Assembly: GCA_964016885.1 (NCBI GenBank)
Contig: OZ024745.1
Span: 100,130,001 to 100,194,000 of the forward strand
Direction: 5' to 3'
DNA length: 64,000 nt
Origin: Eledone cirrhosa
Lineage: Eukaryota
Shown: one piece after another, positions 10,968 through 23,632 of the stretch
How positions within the stretch are numbered: position 1 is the stretch's first letter
Layout: each line of letters begins with the position of its first letter
Made by a program: the position numbers and the translations under genes
Notes under the pieces: model-generated
The model's input: the letters and a program-made list of their open reading frames with translations, nothing else
What the model was told of the DNA's origin: nothing
The model's database searches: none

Positions 10968-13900
10968 ATAAATGTATATAATGCATAATAAGATAAAACC
11001 GTTTGAAATTATTTGATTGGGAAACTGTCTTGTTACATATATAATATAATATACGTGACATTAAAGAAATAGTAGTTAAAGAAACCTAGAAAACAATATA
11101 AACTGTTTTTAAAATGAAGCATTCAATTATGAAACGATAGTTGAACATAATATAAATTCTTAATTAATATACTATATTAACAATAGAATAATACAAAAAG
11201 TAAAATACCAAAATATTGTTTAGAAAGTTAAATAAACTCTAAATGTAAAAATAAATAAAATGAAGATAAATATTGTGTAACTTTTTTTTATACATCAATC
11301 ATAAATATATATGAAGGATTTATAAGTAAGAAATATAGTATTTCATTTATCTCAACATGGTATTTTAACCTAATATTTAAAAAAATCCTAATACATGCTG
11401 AAGAGTTATTTTGATAAGATTTTGCAATAATCAATTTTTGAGCCTACAGTTTATCATTAGAAATATTAATTCAGGTTTCAATAGTTTATGGTAAGGGAAG
11501 AGTTATTAAGTCTACAAAGATTTAAATCTAGCTGATTCTATACATAATATTTATCTACTCTTTTAAAATAGTTAAGTTGCTGTAAAATAAATCCCTTTAA
11601 TAGGATAACTGAACACTAATTACATTTACTGCATAGGCTATTAAAAATAAATAGTTGTGTCATATATAAGATAAATGACACTAATATATAGAAAATGCAT
11701 ATCAGATATCATACGTAAATATTATGATTAAAATTGCAAAGATGACTATTTTTAAGAAGATTGCAATGATAGACAGAGGTTATACTCAAAAAAGAAAGGA
11801 AGGGGGCTACTAGAGTTGCATGGTCCAGATCAATATAACATTTGTATGTCAAGGTTCAGAAATTTAGCTAGCTAATAGGTTATTTATGAGTTAGAGGTTA
11901 TTTAACAATGAGATCGATGTTGTCCTGTGCAAGAAGGAACATAAAAAAGATCATGAAGTCTAATTCAGGAAGTTCAGATGGCAAGAAATGAAGGTAGGGA
12001 AAAATATTAACTCAATCAAAAATTGTTATGAAAGATGAAAATAAGTGAGGGTTGGCTTTACAATACACTAACAAATGTCAGTATAAGCTTAAATTCATAG
12101 GGGAATTGTATAATATATATAAAAAAAGGTTGAGCATTCTGTAGAAATGTTTAGTATAACATAGTATGTTATCAATGTAAAAATCATGCCAAGATTAAAA
12201 ATTGGGATGCCTTTGATAAGGATATGGGAGGTGATTTTAGGTGCACTTATTCTCAGTAACAATGAATTGTCACTGACTTATTTGGTTAATAAGATTTTTC
12301 AGAAAGTTATTTTTGTTGGTGTTTGGAACTACAGCATTATTAACTGTCATCAAACTAAAGTCAAAGCATGAGAAAAGGAAAAGTTTAAATAATAAAGTTA
12401 TAAATTTCGTGCACATTCAGTTGGATAAATTGCAGTTTTTGATAGGATGTAGAATCAACAGGAGCAACAGTTCTTGATAAAGATGAAAACACTGTAAGTT
12501 GCATTTGATGACTGAGAAGAACATTTACATCTATCTGGTTAGTAAAATTAAGAATGAAGGTTGTTGAAACCATATACAAGAAAAGCAAAAGTAGCATTAA
12601 GATAAAGAGAGAGAGCTCAATGAGAAAGTTGATATACAAGTATCAAGGCTCTGTTCACAGTTCTCTCTAGACTGTTTTGCTTTTGAGACCATCAGAGGAA
12701 AAGCACTTGGTGCTTTTGTAGATGTACAATCTAGTTATGATGGCAGAATTAATCCAAGAATTGTCAACAAGTTGTTGTGTTTCATTTAAAAGATCTGATG
12801 CTAGGCATTAGAATGATACTAAATACCAATATCATGAGACTAACACTAAAGCAAAGAGAAAACAACATCTCAATACTATATAATCAGTGCAAAGAACATA
12901 TAAGATAATAATTCTAGTAAATTGATGGGAATTAAATATGTAGATATATCATATTCTAAAAACCAGGGACTTTATAGATGATTAAATGGAAGTAGTAGGC
13001 ATGTTTGGTTACTTAGGTAAGATTATTTGTACTAAAAATGGTGACAAGTAATGAGTCAGGTTCAGAATTACAATTATTGGTAGCAAGAGGAACCCTTTAG
13101 ACAAAAGCAGATTGCATGAAATATTAAAAGTATAAAACTTCTAAGCAGTGAAATCAGAGAACTGACGGCAACTGGAAATGAACTTGCTCAGTATATTCTA
13201 TTGAACAGGAAATGCAGGTTGTGAGAAAAGAACCAAGTAAGTTGACAAAGTAGTAGGACATTAAAAGCAATGGTTGATGTATGGATATAAAATTTGTGTG
13301 GATGACATATGCTAAGAGAACATTTATTATAAACTGATAGTGTGCACTCTTACAATAAACAGGAAAAAGAGGAAAGTCAGAAGTGGATTAAATCTGATTT
13401 GAAGGCCTTGTGCCAATGTTAGAAATAATTATTTGTGATAGAATCCTTGAAAATAGAATCCAAATGAAATAGAGACCGTTATATAACTAATCTAATTTAA
13501 TCGAAAAAATATTTGCAAATTATATTTTCTGAAATGAAAAGCATTATTTGAGAATCTAGAGAATATAAGAAAGAGAAAAAAATAATCTTTAAATTTATTT
13601 AGGCGAGAGTAATGCTGACAAGTGAGTTGATTGTTATATATATTACAAACTAAAAAAAAGAGAGAAAAAAATGATATGACATAGAAGTTCAATAATTGTT
13701 AAAATTTATGTTTATGAAGAGAAATGAATCCTATTAGCAAGCAAAGGAAGTACTTAAAGACGACTGAAAACCATTTTATGAAGTAAAACTAAATGATTTG
13801 TTATACGAGACAATAAAAGCCAATATCGTGAAATGTTTAGAGAAAAGAAAACAATGACATTTTAAAATCAGAAATGAGGATTTTGGATGCTTTAATATCT

Positions 13901-14197
13901 TTTTCTGAACAAGTACAGAATTGTATATTTCCAAAATTAGAATTAAACTGAAACACATCTTAATTGTTGCTATACTGAATGTTTTGTTGTGGCTTATTTA
14001 AATTAAAACATTTAAACAGTTGAATAGCAGAAATTGCAAAGAAAACTATTATATATTTATATCTTCAGATATTAAGATATAATTTATAAAATAAACCTGT
14101 ATAGTTAGTAGAAATAAAATTAACAAAGTAATAAATTGTATTTTGAATTAAATATTAAATCTAGTCAAATTTATATTCTATCAAAAGTAAAAAGGAG

Positions 14198-14375
14198 ATT
14201 TAGGAAAATATTATTTTCTATAAGCCATTCTTCAAGAATATTGAACTGTTGATTTGAGAGTGCTACACTTAAGACCATCCCTAATACATACAAGCTAATG
14301 TGTATAACATTATCAGTTAGAAGATAGGTGACTAGAATGTGATATATGCAAGACGAGGAAGACTACTGTATGATA
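14198..14375. repeat. 178-bp direct repeat copy 1 (copy 2 at 16766-16943)
   Basis: ATTTAGGAAAATATTATTTTCTATAAG...GACTACTGTATGATA present twice with few substitutions. Confidence 0.93.
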
Positions 14376-14690
14376 TTGAGCTAGCCTAGAGTATAATATA
14401 GGTACTTTTGTGTAGAAAATAATCATGGAATTAGGTATAGTATAGATTATCAGAAATATGGGTAGGTAATATAATTATAATGTTAATGTTTTGATTAGAG
14501 AACAAAGAAGAAGCTCAGTTCTAAGGTACACTAGTATGAGCAACCTTAAAGATGGATGACAAAGATATTTTAACTATAGAAGCAGATGTTAAAGGCTAAG
14601 GCAGGAGACATGGAGGTGGGAATACCAGTATATACAGCGACTAGGAATGAATAGAATGCAGGTGACTGGTGATTTGTAATGTAAATGGAT

Positions 14691-15590
14691 TTCTTCTTCT
14701 TCACCCACATACTCCTGGGAGGGACATGAGATAAGATTCTTCAGGCATGCCTTCCAGTGGGTTCTGTCAGAAGCAATCATCACCAATTGATCCACCTGGA
14801 TCCCCAAGCGAGACCAGCAAAGTTCATGGCTGTTATTCAATCATCTTGCTCAGGGTTTACCCCTTGGTCTCCTGCCAGTTGGTTTTGCCCCTAAAATCTG
14901 TCCAGTGATTCTTTCCAGAGACATTCTAAACACTTGTCTGTAGTATCAGAGCTGTGATCACTCAATTCAGAGAACTAGTGGCTCTACCTGGAGCAACTCT
15001 CTGGTCTGTGAGCTATCATCCAGGGCAAAAACCACACTGTTTGTCGGCTAGCTTGGACTGGACAATATCCCTACATCTCTTTGCCAGACACTTAGCATGA
15101 ACTTTACAAGGGAGGTTTTACAAGGAGATTCCTCTGTAATTGAAGCAATCTCTCTTATCTTCCTTTTTGAAAATTGGGATCATCACTCCTGGTTGCTATT
15201 GATTAGGTACCTTTATAGATATCCAGGTCTGCCAGAAACTACCTTCTCTATTTAAGGCTTTTAATGTTTCAGGCTGAATTTTATTCTCCCCAGAGGCATT
15301 GTCTCATTTGAGCTCTTTAATTTCTCTTGTAACCTCAGCCTCCAAGAGGTTAGTCATTACTTCCAGATGCACTGCACATATATCAGAAGATGCTATTGTG
15401 ATATGGTTTAGGAGATCAGTAAAGTATTCTCTCCACCTTGCAAATATGCACCTTTCTGAAGAGAGGAGACCCTCAGCACATTCCTGATAGCAGACACAGC
15501 GAAGGACTTCTTATTATGAAGTTGGAGGATGGTAGGCCAGAATACTTTATTTACTGATCTGAGGTCGGCTTCAAGCTTAACCCCAAGTAC
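14691..15590 (-). mobile_element. Degenerate, internally deleted RTE-clade LINE
   Basis: 3' peptide ELCWSRLGIQVDQLVMIASDRTHWKACLKNL with (GAA)n tail; upstream RT N-terminal remnants (RWREYFTDLLN, NASGENKIQPETLKAL). Confidence 0.8.
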
Positions 15591-16765
15591 TCTATGAGTG
15601 AAAGCTCAGACAAATGTTTAGTGAACAACCAAGTGTCTAGTGCTTAAAGAACTAGCATTGTGTAAAGGACAGTTGTATATTCCAAGGAGACAACCTACTA
15701 CAAATAATTTTTTCAGTTGTAGTGATGTTAAACTAAACAGTATTGAACCATAGCATACGTCTCTGGCTCAGCAGGACATGACAGTTACTATATACCTAAG
15801 AGGTGCTATGGAGAGTGCTGTTTGCCTGAAATAATATGAGTGCATTTGATTGAGTTACAATGAAAGGAAAGTGTCATTACAAAATATTGTTGGAGAAGAA
15901 AATCTGCAATGAACGGTAATCAAGAGAAGGTAAAGCTGCAGAAGATAGTAATTAGTATTTCAAGAGAGAGAATGATGTGTGGCATTCGTGGTGGAGATCT
16001 GATGAGCTTGAACATTTAGTTAATAAATTCAGCAGGAATTTGTTATGTTTGATGATTAGTCAAACAGCATTATTGTTCATTAATGCACCAGAGAAAGGTA
16101 ATAACAGAAACCTAGCCTCTTTTTCTATTGCTGGTATCAAGCAGTTTCTTTCTCCCCACACAATGCCTATTTTATGAGAAAGAAGTGTAGAAGTGTACAG
16201 CAGTGAAACAGAGGGATGAATGTAGATAATTTGCATTGAGAAACTGAGTATGCTCTGTTGGATGAGGATTAATGATTGGCAAGATAGGTTGAAGACAAAT
16301 TAGTTAAGAGAATAGCTGTTTATCAGAAGCATTAGTAGGAAAAACAATTATGCTGATATGACATGCTCTGCAGAATGATGATAGAGTCTGTGTGAAAAAA
16401 TTGAAGACATGTGTAGAAGTAGACTTAGACAGAGATGATTGACACTTGATAATATCTAGTATTGTATATATAGGATAAAATTATGGTGCATGAAGAGAAA
16501 CATGTGATTCAAACATTGAAATGTGGACTTTATAATAATGCAGTTAATTTTGAATATTAGATTCTACAAATACACCCAATAAAATTAAATTTTCTCTGAA
16601 GTATAGTATTCATAATAAGTTATTTGAAGTACTTGCAAGTATGATTTATTTATGAATTACCTAAAGAAAATTATGCATGCAATTAAGTAGGGATAGTGAA
16701 TGAAAGAGAAAATAAAAGGCAATTGTATCATAAGTACATTAAAATAAAAATATGATTTCTAAGTT

Positions 16766-16943
16766 ATTTAGGAAAATATTATTTTCTATAAGCCATTCTT
16801 CAAGAATATTGAACTGTTGATTTGAGAGTGCTACACTTAAAACCATCGCTAATACATACAAGCTAATGTGTGTAGCATTATCAGTTAGAAAATAGGTGAC
16901 TAAAATATGATATATGCAAGACGAGGAAGACTACTGTATGATA
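16766..16943. repeat. 178-bp direct repeat copy 2
   Basis: Near-identical to 14198-14375. Confidence 0.93.
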
Positions 16944-17232
16944 ATCCAAATATTTTAGTCATGATAATATTTAACTAAAACTTTACCCTCTTGCTCCCTC
17001 CCATCCCTTCCCATGATCCAAAAGAAAATCTTTGATATGATAGACTGCATAGGACAAATTTCTCTACAAACTTCTCTATATAATTGTTTATATACCTCAA
17101 CACTATATGGTATACGAGTATATATATATATTATAAGAAGAGATTAAAGTTTAAACAAAGAATCACTGCTGCCACCCTTAATGATTCTTTGCTTAAACTT
17201 TAATCTGTTCTTATAATAAATGTTTTCTCTAC

Positions 17233-17263
<31 letters not shown>

Positions 17264-17328
17264 ATCCTTATCGAGCCCTCTTCGGATTTTAGTCTTCACA
17301 TTTATTATTACTATATATAATATATATT

Positions 17329-17362
<34 letters not shown>

Positions 17363-17423
17363 GATTTTCACCGTATTTTTTGACTAAAGAAATTTTAGTC
17401 TGATAATGGAAAAAGATGAGTAT

Positions 17424-17495
17424 TGATGTACATGGGAGTCGAACCCACATCTTTGGTTATCCAGACCACTGTGCTACCATTTACACCAACACATC
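17424..17495 (-). tRNA. tRNA-like cloverleaf with GGA anticodon (likely pseudo-tRNA or repeat-borne)
   Basis: GATGTGT-TG-GTGT-AAATGGTA-GCAC-A-GTGGT-CTGGATA-ACCAA-AGAT-GTGGG-TTCGACT-CCCAT-GTACATC-A folds into four arms; A and B boxes; T5 run 9 nt downstream. Confidence 0.5.
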
Positions 17496-17679
17496 ACCCA
17501 TCTCTTTCCATTCAAATTAGAAGCTACATTCTTAGCGAGTACAAATGACAAGTAAAATATGTTTTGAAATATGTTTTGACGTACGTCAATACTCATCTTT
17601 TTCCATTATCTGAGGGTTCTAAACCCCATTATCAGACTAAAATTTCTTTAGTAAAAAAATACTTATATATTTATATATA

Positions 17680-17716
<37 letters not shown>

Positions 17717-18264
17717 CTACAACACTTATGGTCACCAGTTTGCTTGCTATTAATATTTGATTGTGGAACAGAACATATGCAACAACACATAGTTGAATAC
17801 ATCAGCTACTCTATTTGAATGACATAAAATAAACATTTTATAACGAAATGTACTTCCAAATTCAAAACTTGTAACTACATATAGTTGTTTCATGTTAAAG
17901 TAAATATAGGAATTCTCCTTTAAGTAGAAGTTATCGTTTTGTAAAAAAGGAAGTATATACACTTGATCTTGGTAGATTTCTAAATACTTTTGTGTTGCTT
18001 TAGGAAACAACCTGATGATATATTTTATTCATATATTTATAGTAAAGATATAAATATGTAATATATATACAAAACACACACTTGGATATATAAATAATTA
18101 TGGGTAAATTCCCAATGGGTATTGAGAGGTGACCACAGTTAAAAAAAAAGGTACTCAGTATATATAAAAATAACTTCTACAGGACTAGAACTGTTTCATT
18201 CATGTGGAATCCTCCTATAGCAGTCATTTCTATATAAAATAACAATACATGCATATACACACAC

Positions 18265-18271
18265 TCATGTA

Positions 18272-18354
<83 letters not shown>

Positions 18355-18520
18355 ATATATATAGATATATATACATACACACATTCATATATATATATAC
18401 ACATTTATATATATACATATGGGTGTATGTGTATATATATATATATATACACACATTCATATATATATATATCCATATATATGGGTGTGTGGGTATATAT
18501 ACATATATATATACATACAC
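18265..18520. repeat. (TA)n-rich compound microsatellite
   Basis: Direct reading. Confidence 0.95.
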
Positions 18521-18759
18521 ATCTGAAGATTGGAATTTTTCATTATTTTTGTTTTGTTCTATTTTGTTCTGTTTTGTTCTATTTTCCACTTGTTTCATTT
18601 TATGATACATCACATATTCCAATGTGACACAGTATTCTCTCATCTTTTGTATAAGTGACTGAACACACAGACACAAACAAACACACTCACATATATTAAC
18701 ATATACACACAGATACATATATATATAATCTATAAATATATATATATATATAATCTACC

Positions 18760-19012
18760 TCACATATTAGTAAAGTCATGGAACAAATCATCAGAAAGAA
18801 ACTGATCATGTTCCTTGAGGAAATTGACCTCCTAACTAACACCCAGCAATTAGAACACCACAACTGGGTACTGAAACAGCTGCTGGACCACTCAAATGTG
18901 GATGTGATATATCTTGACTTTGTAAAGGCCTTCAACAAGGTTGACCAAGGAATATGTCACAAACTACACAGATTTGGCATAGTTGGAAAATTAGGTGACT
19001 GGCTTCATGGTT
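18760..19012 (+). mobile_element. CR1/Jockey-group LINE reverse transcriptase fragment
   Basis: ORF 18778..19032: MEQIIRKKLIMFLE..NVDVIYLDFVKAFNKVD..HKLHRFGIVGKLGDWL. Confidence 0.88.
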
Positions 19013-19417
19013 CAATGGCTTACATTTTTTAACATATCTTATTTTCTTCTTCTTGCCTTTTTTCCCCTTTATTTAACTCATGTGCATTTCATGCTATTAA
19101 AGCACAATATATTCTCCCTGACGTCATGTAAAATTCTGTGTACATTTATAGCTTAATTACTATAAGTTATTGTTTCACCTTGCCTCTTACTCTACTGGAC
19201 AGCACTTTGGCTTGAGTCAGATGCCGTGACCCTGGGTGGACCTGCAGTACCATTGGAAGGGTTTGAAACTGCCAAAGTCCATCTCAATGGCTGATGACCC
19301 CGGAGTTCTGAGTCTCTTGTTTGTATTTTTATTTTTCAAAAAATAAATTTTTAAGGTGCCTCTTAAAAATTGTTTTTCATTTGTTGTCTTGTTCTCTTTT
19401 TGTTAAATTTCCTCAGA

Positions 19418-19790
19418 TTATATGTATGCATATGAATATATATATATATGCATATGTATATATGCATATGAATATATGTATATGTATGTAAAGATGCATA
19501 TGAATATATATATATATATATGTATATGAATAGATATATATGTATATGTATATATACATATGAATATATATATATGCATATGAATATATGTATATATATA
19601 ATTATATGTATATATGCTTATGAATATATATGTATATATGCACATGAATATATATATATATAGGTATATATGCATATGAATATATATATGTATATTTATG
19701 CATATGAATATAAATATACACGTATATGTATATATGCATATGAATATATATATATGTATATGTATATGAATATATATGTATATATATAAA
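19418..19790. repeat. TA-rich minisatellite built on GCATATGAATATATA units
   Basis: Direct reading. Confidence 0.9.
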
Positions 19791-20013
19791 TGGAGACTTG
19801 TATGAAACAGCTATTTGGATATGAATTTGCATGTCATATTAAGAATTATTATGAAATATATAAATCACATGTCAGTAGAACAAATTGGATACTATTCTAT
19901 CAGGCAACAATAATGACAACATCAATTAGAACATGCCAAAGTGATGCCAAAGTGATTCCTATTAGAGAACATATATTTAACTAATATACATGCATCATCA
20001 ATGATTTAATTAC

Positions 20014-20085
20014 TTTGCGTCCACGCTTGCCTCGATTCCCTTTCTCTCCTTTGTATCCGGGAAGACCAGATAATCCCATTTCACC
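20014..20085 (-). CDS. Collagen exon 72 nt: GEMGLSGLPGYKGEKGNRGKRGRK
   Basis: TATTTGCCAG acceptor, GTAATT donor, 8 triplets. Confidence 0.95.
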
Positions 20086-20899
20086 CTGGCAAATAATAAA
20101 ATATAAGATTATATGTATTAATATATGAATAACACATTTCTTACCTTGGTTTACTTAATGCTGAAATGCTGAAATTCCATCCAATCTGCTTGGGCAAAGA
20201 AAAAACTTTATACACAATACCAAAAGGATCTTATAAAATACTTGTAGATACTAATGGTTTGAAAAATTTTAAATTTGAAAAATTAAAATAAAGATAAAAC
20301 CTTTCATATGAGGTAGCCCAAAAGTGTAAAATGTTTTTATTATGAGTTAATATACAGTTTTAATATACTTCTGAAGGTGTTATAAATAATATATTACAGA
20401 CTATACTTTCAATGTAGAGGAAAAATATGATTTGAAGTAGATTTAATATTAAAAATATATATTAAAAGAAACATACTTTATGAATTTATAGAGATTTATT
20501 TTAAGATTAAATATTTATTATAAAAGAAATCAAATCAAACCAAGAAATGTTTAAATAATAGAATGGTGAGATGCACAAATGTGTAGAGTAGGCTAATTTG
20601 TTGAGATATGCCATCCTGCATATTTATCCAAATCATATCAACATGGAAAAATATGATATATTTATAACAATTTTTAAATTAAATCGAAAAATAAAAGAAT
20701 ATATTCTAAAATAAATAATTGTAATGCAATTTTAAATAACCCAATGTTAATATTTTAAATTTCGTCCACAAGTTATAAGTATGAAAAACATATTTCATAT
20801 TCTAGCAATGATTAAACAGAAAGTAAAATCGATATTCATTGCAGAGAAAATACTGAGAATGAAAATCTATTTGATAAATTCCATATTTTTTTTTAGAGG

Positions 20900-20966
20900 T
20901 GATGTGTGTGTGTGTACACACATGTGTGTATATATATATGTATGTATATATATATGTATGTATATT

Positions 20967-20998
<32 letters not shown>

Positions 20999-21080
20999 TG
21001 TATGTATGTATGTATGTATGTATGTATGTATGTATGTATAAATATATACATATATATATATGCACACACACACATATATT
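20900..21080. repeat. (TATG)n/(TG)n microsatellite
   Basis: Direct reading. Confidence 0.95.
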
Positions 21081-21505
21081 TGTGACCCTCACCATTCTCA
21101 TTATATGTATGGATAATTTTAGAAAGAAGAGTTAACACCTTCAGTAATATATTAATTGCTAAGACTCAAGTTGGAAGATATTTATAATATTTCAAATTAT
21201 TTTATCTGAGTAAACAGAAAAATAATGAAAACAACATTTTTCTGAATAGATTAGATAATTTAAAAGTTAATATAATATTTCTGGACAAAAGTTAAAATCA
21301 ATTCCAATAAAATACTGTACAAAATATTTTCAAACTGAGTCACACATTTTAAAAAGAATTAGGGGAGGTTTAAGCTTTTCTATGTAATTTTCTACAGTAG
21401 CTAACGCAGTTTGAGCAAGGGCCTGCAAGCAGCCTTAACCATGACTGCAGCATTAAATGTTAGTTGCCTTGAGCTTATGAAGTCCTTGCTACAAAAAGGG
21501 TCTAC

Positions 21506-21598
21506 CTGACTATTAGATGCATGACTTCTGGTCTTGCGATTTTTTTTACGAGCAGCTTTAATATCCGTGACTTCAAATTCACAGGCTTTGGTACGTTT
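21506..21598 (-). CDS. Candidate non-collagenous exon 93 nt: KRTKACEFEVTDIKAARKKNRKTRSHASNSQ (read-through to stop at 21401 also possible)
   Basis: TTTTTCTTTCCCCTTTGAAG acceptor, CAG|GTAGAC donor, phase 0 open frame (ORF 21401..21604), locally higher GC than flanks. Confidence 0.55.
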
Positions 21599-21981
21599 CT
21601 TCAAAGGGGAAAGAAAAACATTTTGAAATATATCTTATGCTGTCTTTCTCTCTACTAATGAAAATGAATATTCTAAGCTATTTTAGAGTTTTGCTGCAGT
21701 CACAGTGTTAGTATATTAATTAAGTGGGTAAGTGCATTACCATATTCCTAATTTATTATCGAAAGCAAAAAATCAGTAAGTTAACATTAATTTAAAAATG
21801 AAAGCAAAGCTTCTGAAGTACACAACATGTACCATATATATATTTGTGAAATTAGATACAGTACATGGTTTTTAAAATTTGTATTAAACTGATAGCCATT
21901 GAAGAGCATTTGTTATCATATCTGATACAATTGCATTTCAGACTTTAAAAAATGTTAATCAGTACTTGGATTATTACTCAC

Positions 21982-21990
21982 AGCCCTTTT
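21982..21990 (-). CDS. Candidate 9-nt microexon AAAAGGGCT (KRA)
   Basis: TTTTTTTTCATTCTTTGTTGCTGAATTTAG acceptor with TGC at -12..-10; consensus GTGAGT donor; frame-preserving. Confidence 0.55.
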
Positions 21991-23454
21991 CTAAATTCAG
22001 CAACAAAGAATGAAAAAAAAGGCAATAATTAAATGTGCAAAAGAAATACATATATGAATGTAAATAATTTATATAATTTATATAAATATAAAAGAAACAT
22101 TTTGAAACTATGGACCTTATCTTAAAAATTTCAGCATTTAAATAAATAAATAAATAAATTAAAATAATGATAATTCTGTGCATTATCATGTGATGAAAGA
22201 ACCCAAAGCCACAACGTTTAGGTTTTACTTCTGTCACATAACCTAACAGAAACTGTGTTGCAACAGAAAAAAAGGTTAATTAAATTAAGAAAAAAAAAAA
22301 ACATATCTAAGTTTAATATAGATTGCACGGCAAAGATTCATATAGGAACCAAGTTAAAATATTTCTATAGAAACATTTCAATAAAGCTAGAAGACAGAAT
22401 ATTTTATTTAGTTAGAATGTATTGAGCAAGGCATTTGTATAGCAAGGAATGTCTAAGAACAATGACATTGAAACCAAAAGTATGAATATCAATACCCTAA
22501 TAAGTTTGTATAATGCATTTTTAAATATGGTATTTTGAGTAATATATTAATTAATTCCTAATTACTAGAAACTAAGAATGGAAAATCCTAAACTAAACAA
22601 TTATTACATTGAAATATATTTAATGAGGATTTATTAATTGAAAAAAAAACCATTAACAAAAAAACCATAAGTTTAAAAAAAATTAATTTTGTACAAAATG
22701 TTACATAAAAATAAAAGATTTAATAATAAACAAGGTTTTGTGACTGCAGCAAAGTGACAACATAAATGTAACTGACAAGTTATAAATATATCTATATCAT
22801 ATTAATACATTTAACTATGTATCACTGATGATACATTAAGACAATATATTAGCAGAAAATAGTCATATTCTTCAAGATATCAAATAATTCAGTTTCAATA
22901 TGTATATAATTTAATAAATACAAACATACAATGGCTGGTATAAAGCATCAGTAATAATAATATTGTTAATTTAATAATAATAAATGCTGTTTTATATATA
23001 ATTCATATTTTTTTCAGAGTAATTTAGACAATATTTTGATTTGAAGAAATGATCTATAAGCAAAATATACATCCCACATGGGAAGCTCATTATAAATTAC
23101 ATGAAAAATCAATTTAGAAAATTTTTAGAGTTTATCTACTTGCTACACTCTTAACAGTTCTGGATTTTTAAACAATCTTTACATCAGAAATTAAATTTTA
23201 AGTGGAAATTCACATGAGTTGAATGTTTCTGTATAAATTAAATATCACTAAATACTCTAAAATTAGGTTGTTTTTTTTCTTCTCCTAACATATGCTTGAA
23301 TCAATATGCCTGATTGGGAAATACATTAAAATTGTTTCTTTTTTTAATTTGGTTTACGGAAATTTGCAGAAATTTGCAGTCTTAGCTACAAAATAATTTT
23401 AGTCTTTCTATTATATATTTATTTTTAAAATATTTGAATTAGTAGTATAAATAA

Positions 23455-23632
23455 AATTGTTTATACTTTTAGCACAAAGCCAGCAAAGCCCCAGTGTATT
23501 ACTGGTACTTTATTTTATCGACCCCGTAAGGATGAAAGGCAAAGTTAACCTCGGCAGGATTTGAACTCAGAATGGCAAGGGCCGTAACTCTATGCATCAA
23601 AGCATGGCGTCCGACCCTCTACCGATACTGCC
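23455..23632 (-). mobile_element. tRNA-derived SINE family A copy
   Basis: B box GAGTTCAAATCC and central TTGCCTTTCATCCTTACGGGGTCGATAAAATAAAGTACCAG on minus strand. Confidence 0.88.

Noticed and set aside
11800-13500. Purine-rich stretch that may be an ancient LINE
   Set aside because: No motif I could translate with confidence
16985-17020. G-rich minus-strand stretch ending in GTAAAG as another collagen exon
   Set aside because: No Gly-X-Y periodicity in any frame and no adjacent acceptor
10738-21138. Long [12 protein letters not shown] ORFs in the ORF track
   Set aside because: Translations of (TA)n, (TATG)n and (CA)n microsatellites, not genes
21398-21590. Plus-strand exon-like signal (TTTTCTACAG ... 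TTTG|GTACGT) suggesting a nested antisense gene
   Set aside because: All three plus frames contain stops; the minus-strand reading is open and fits the collagen
22203-22242. Possible exon GYVTEVKPKRCGF near the microexon
   Set aside because: Needs phase-1 entry and has no credible donor
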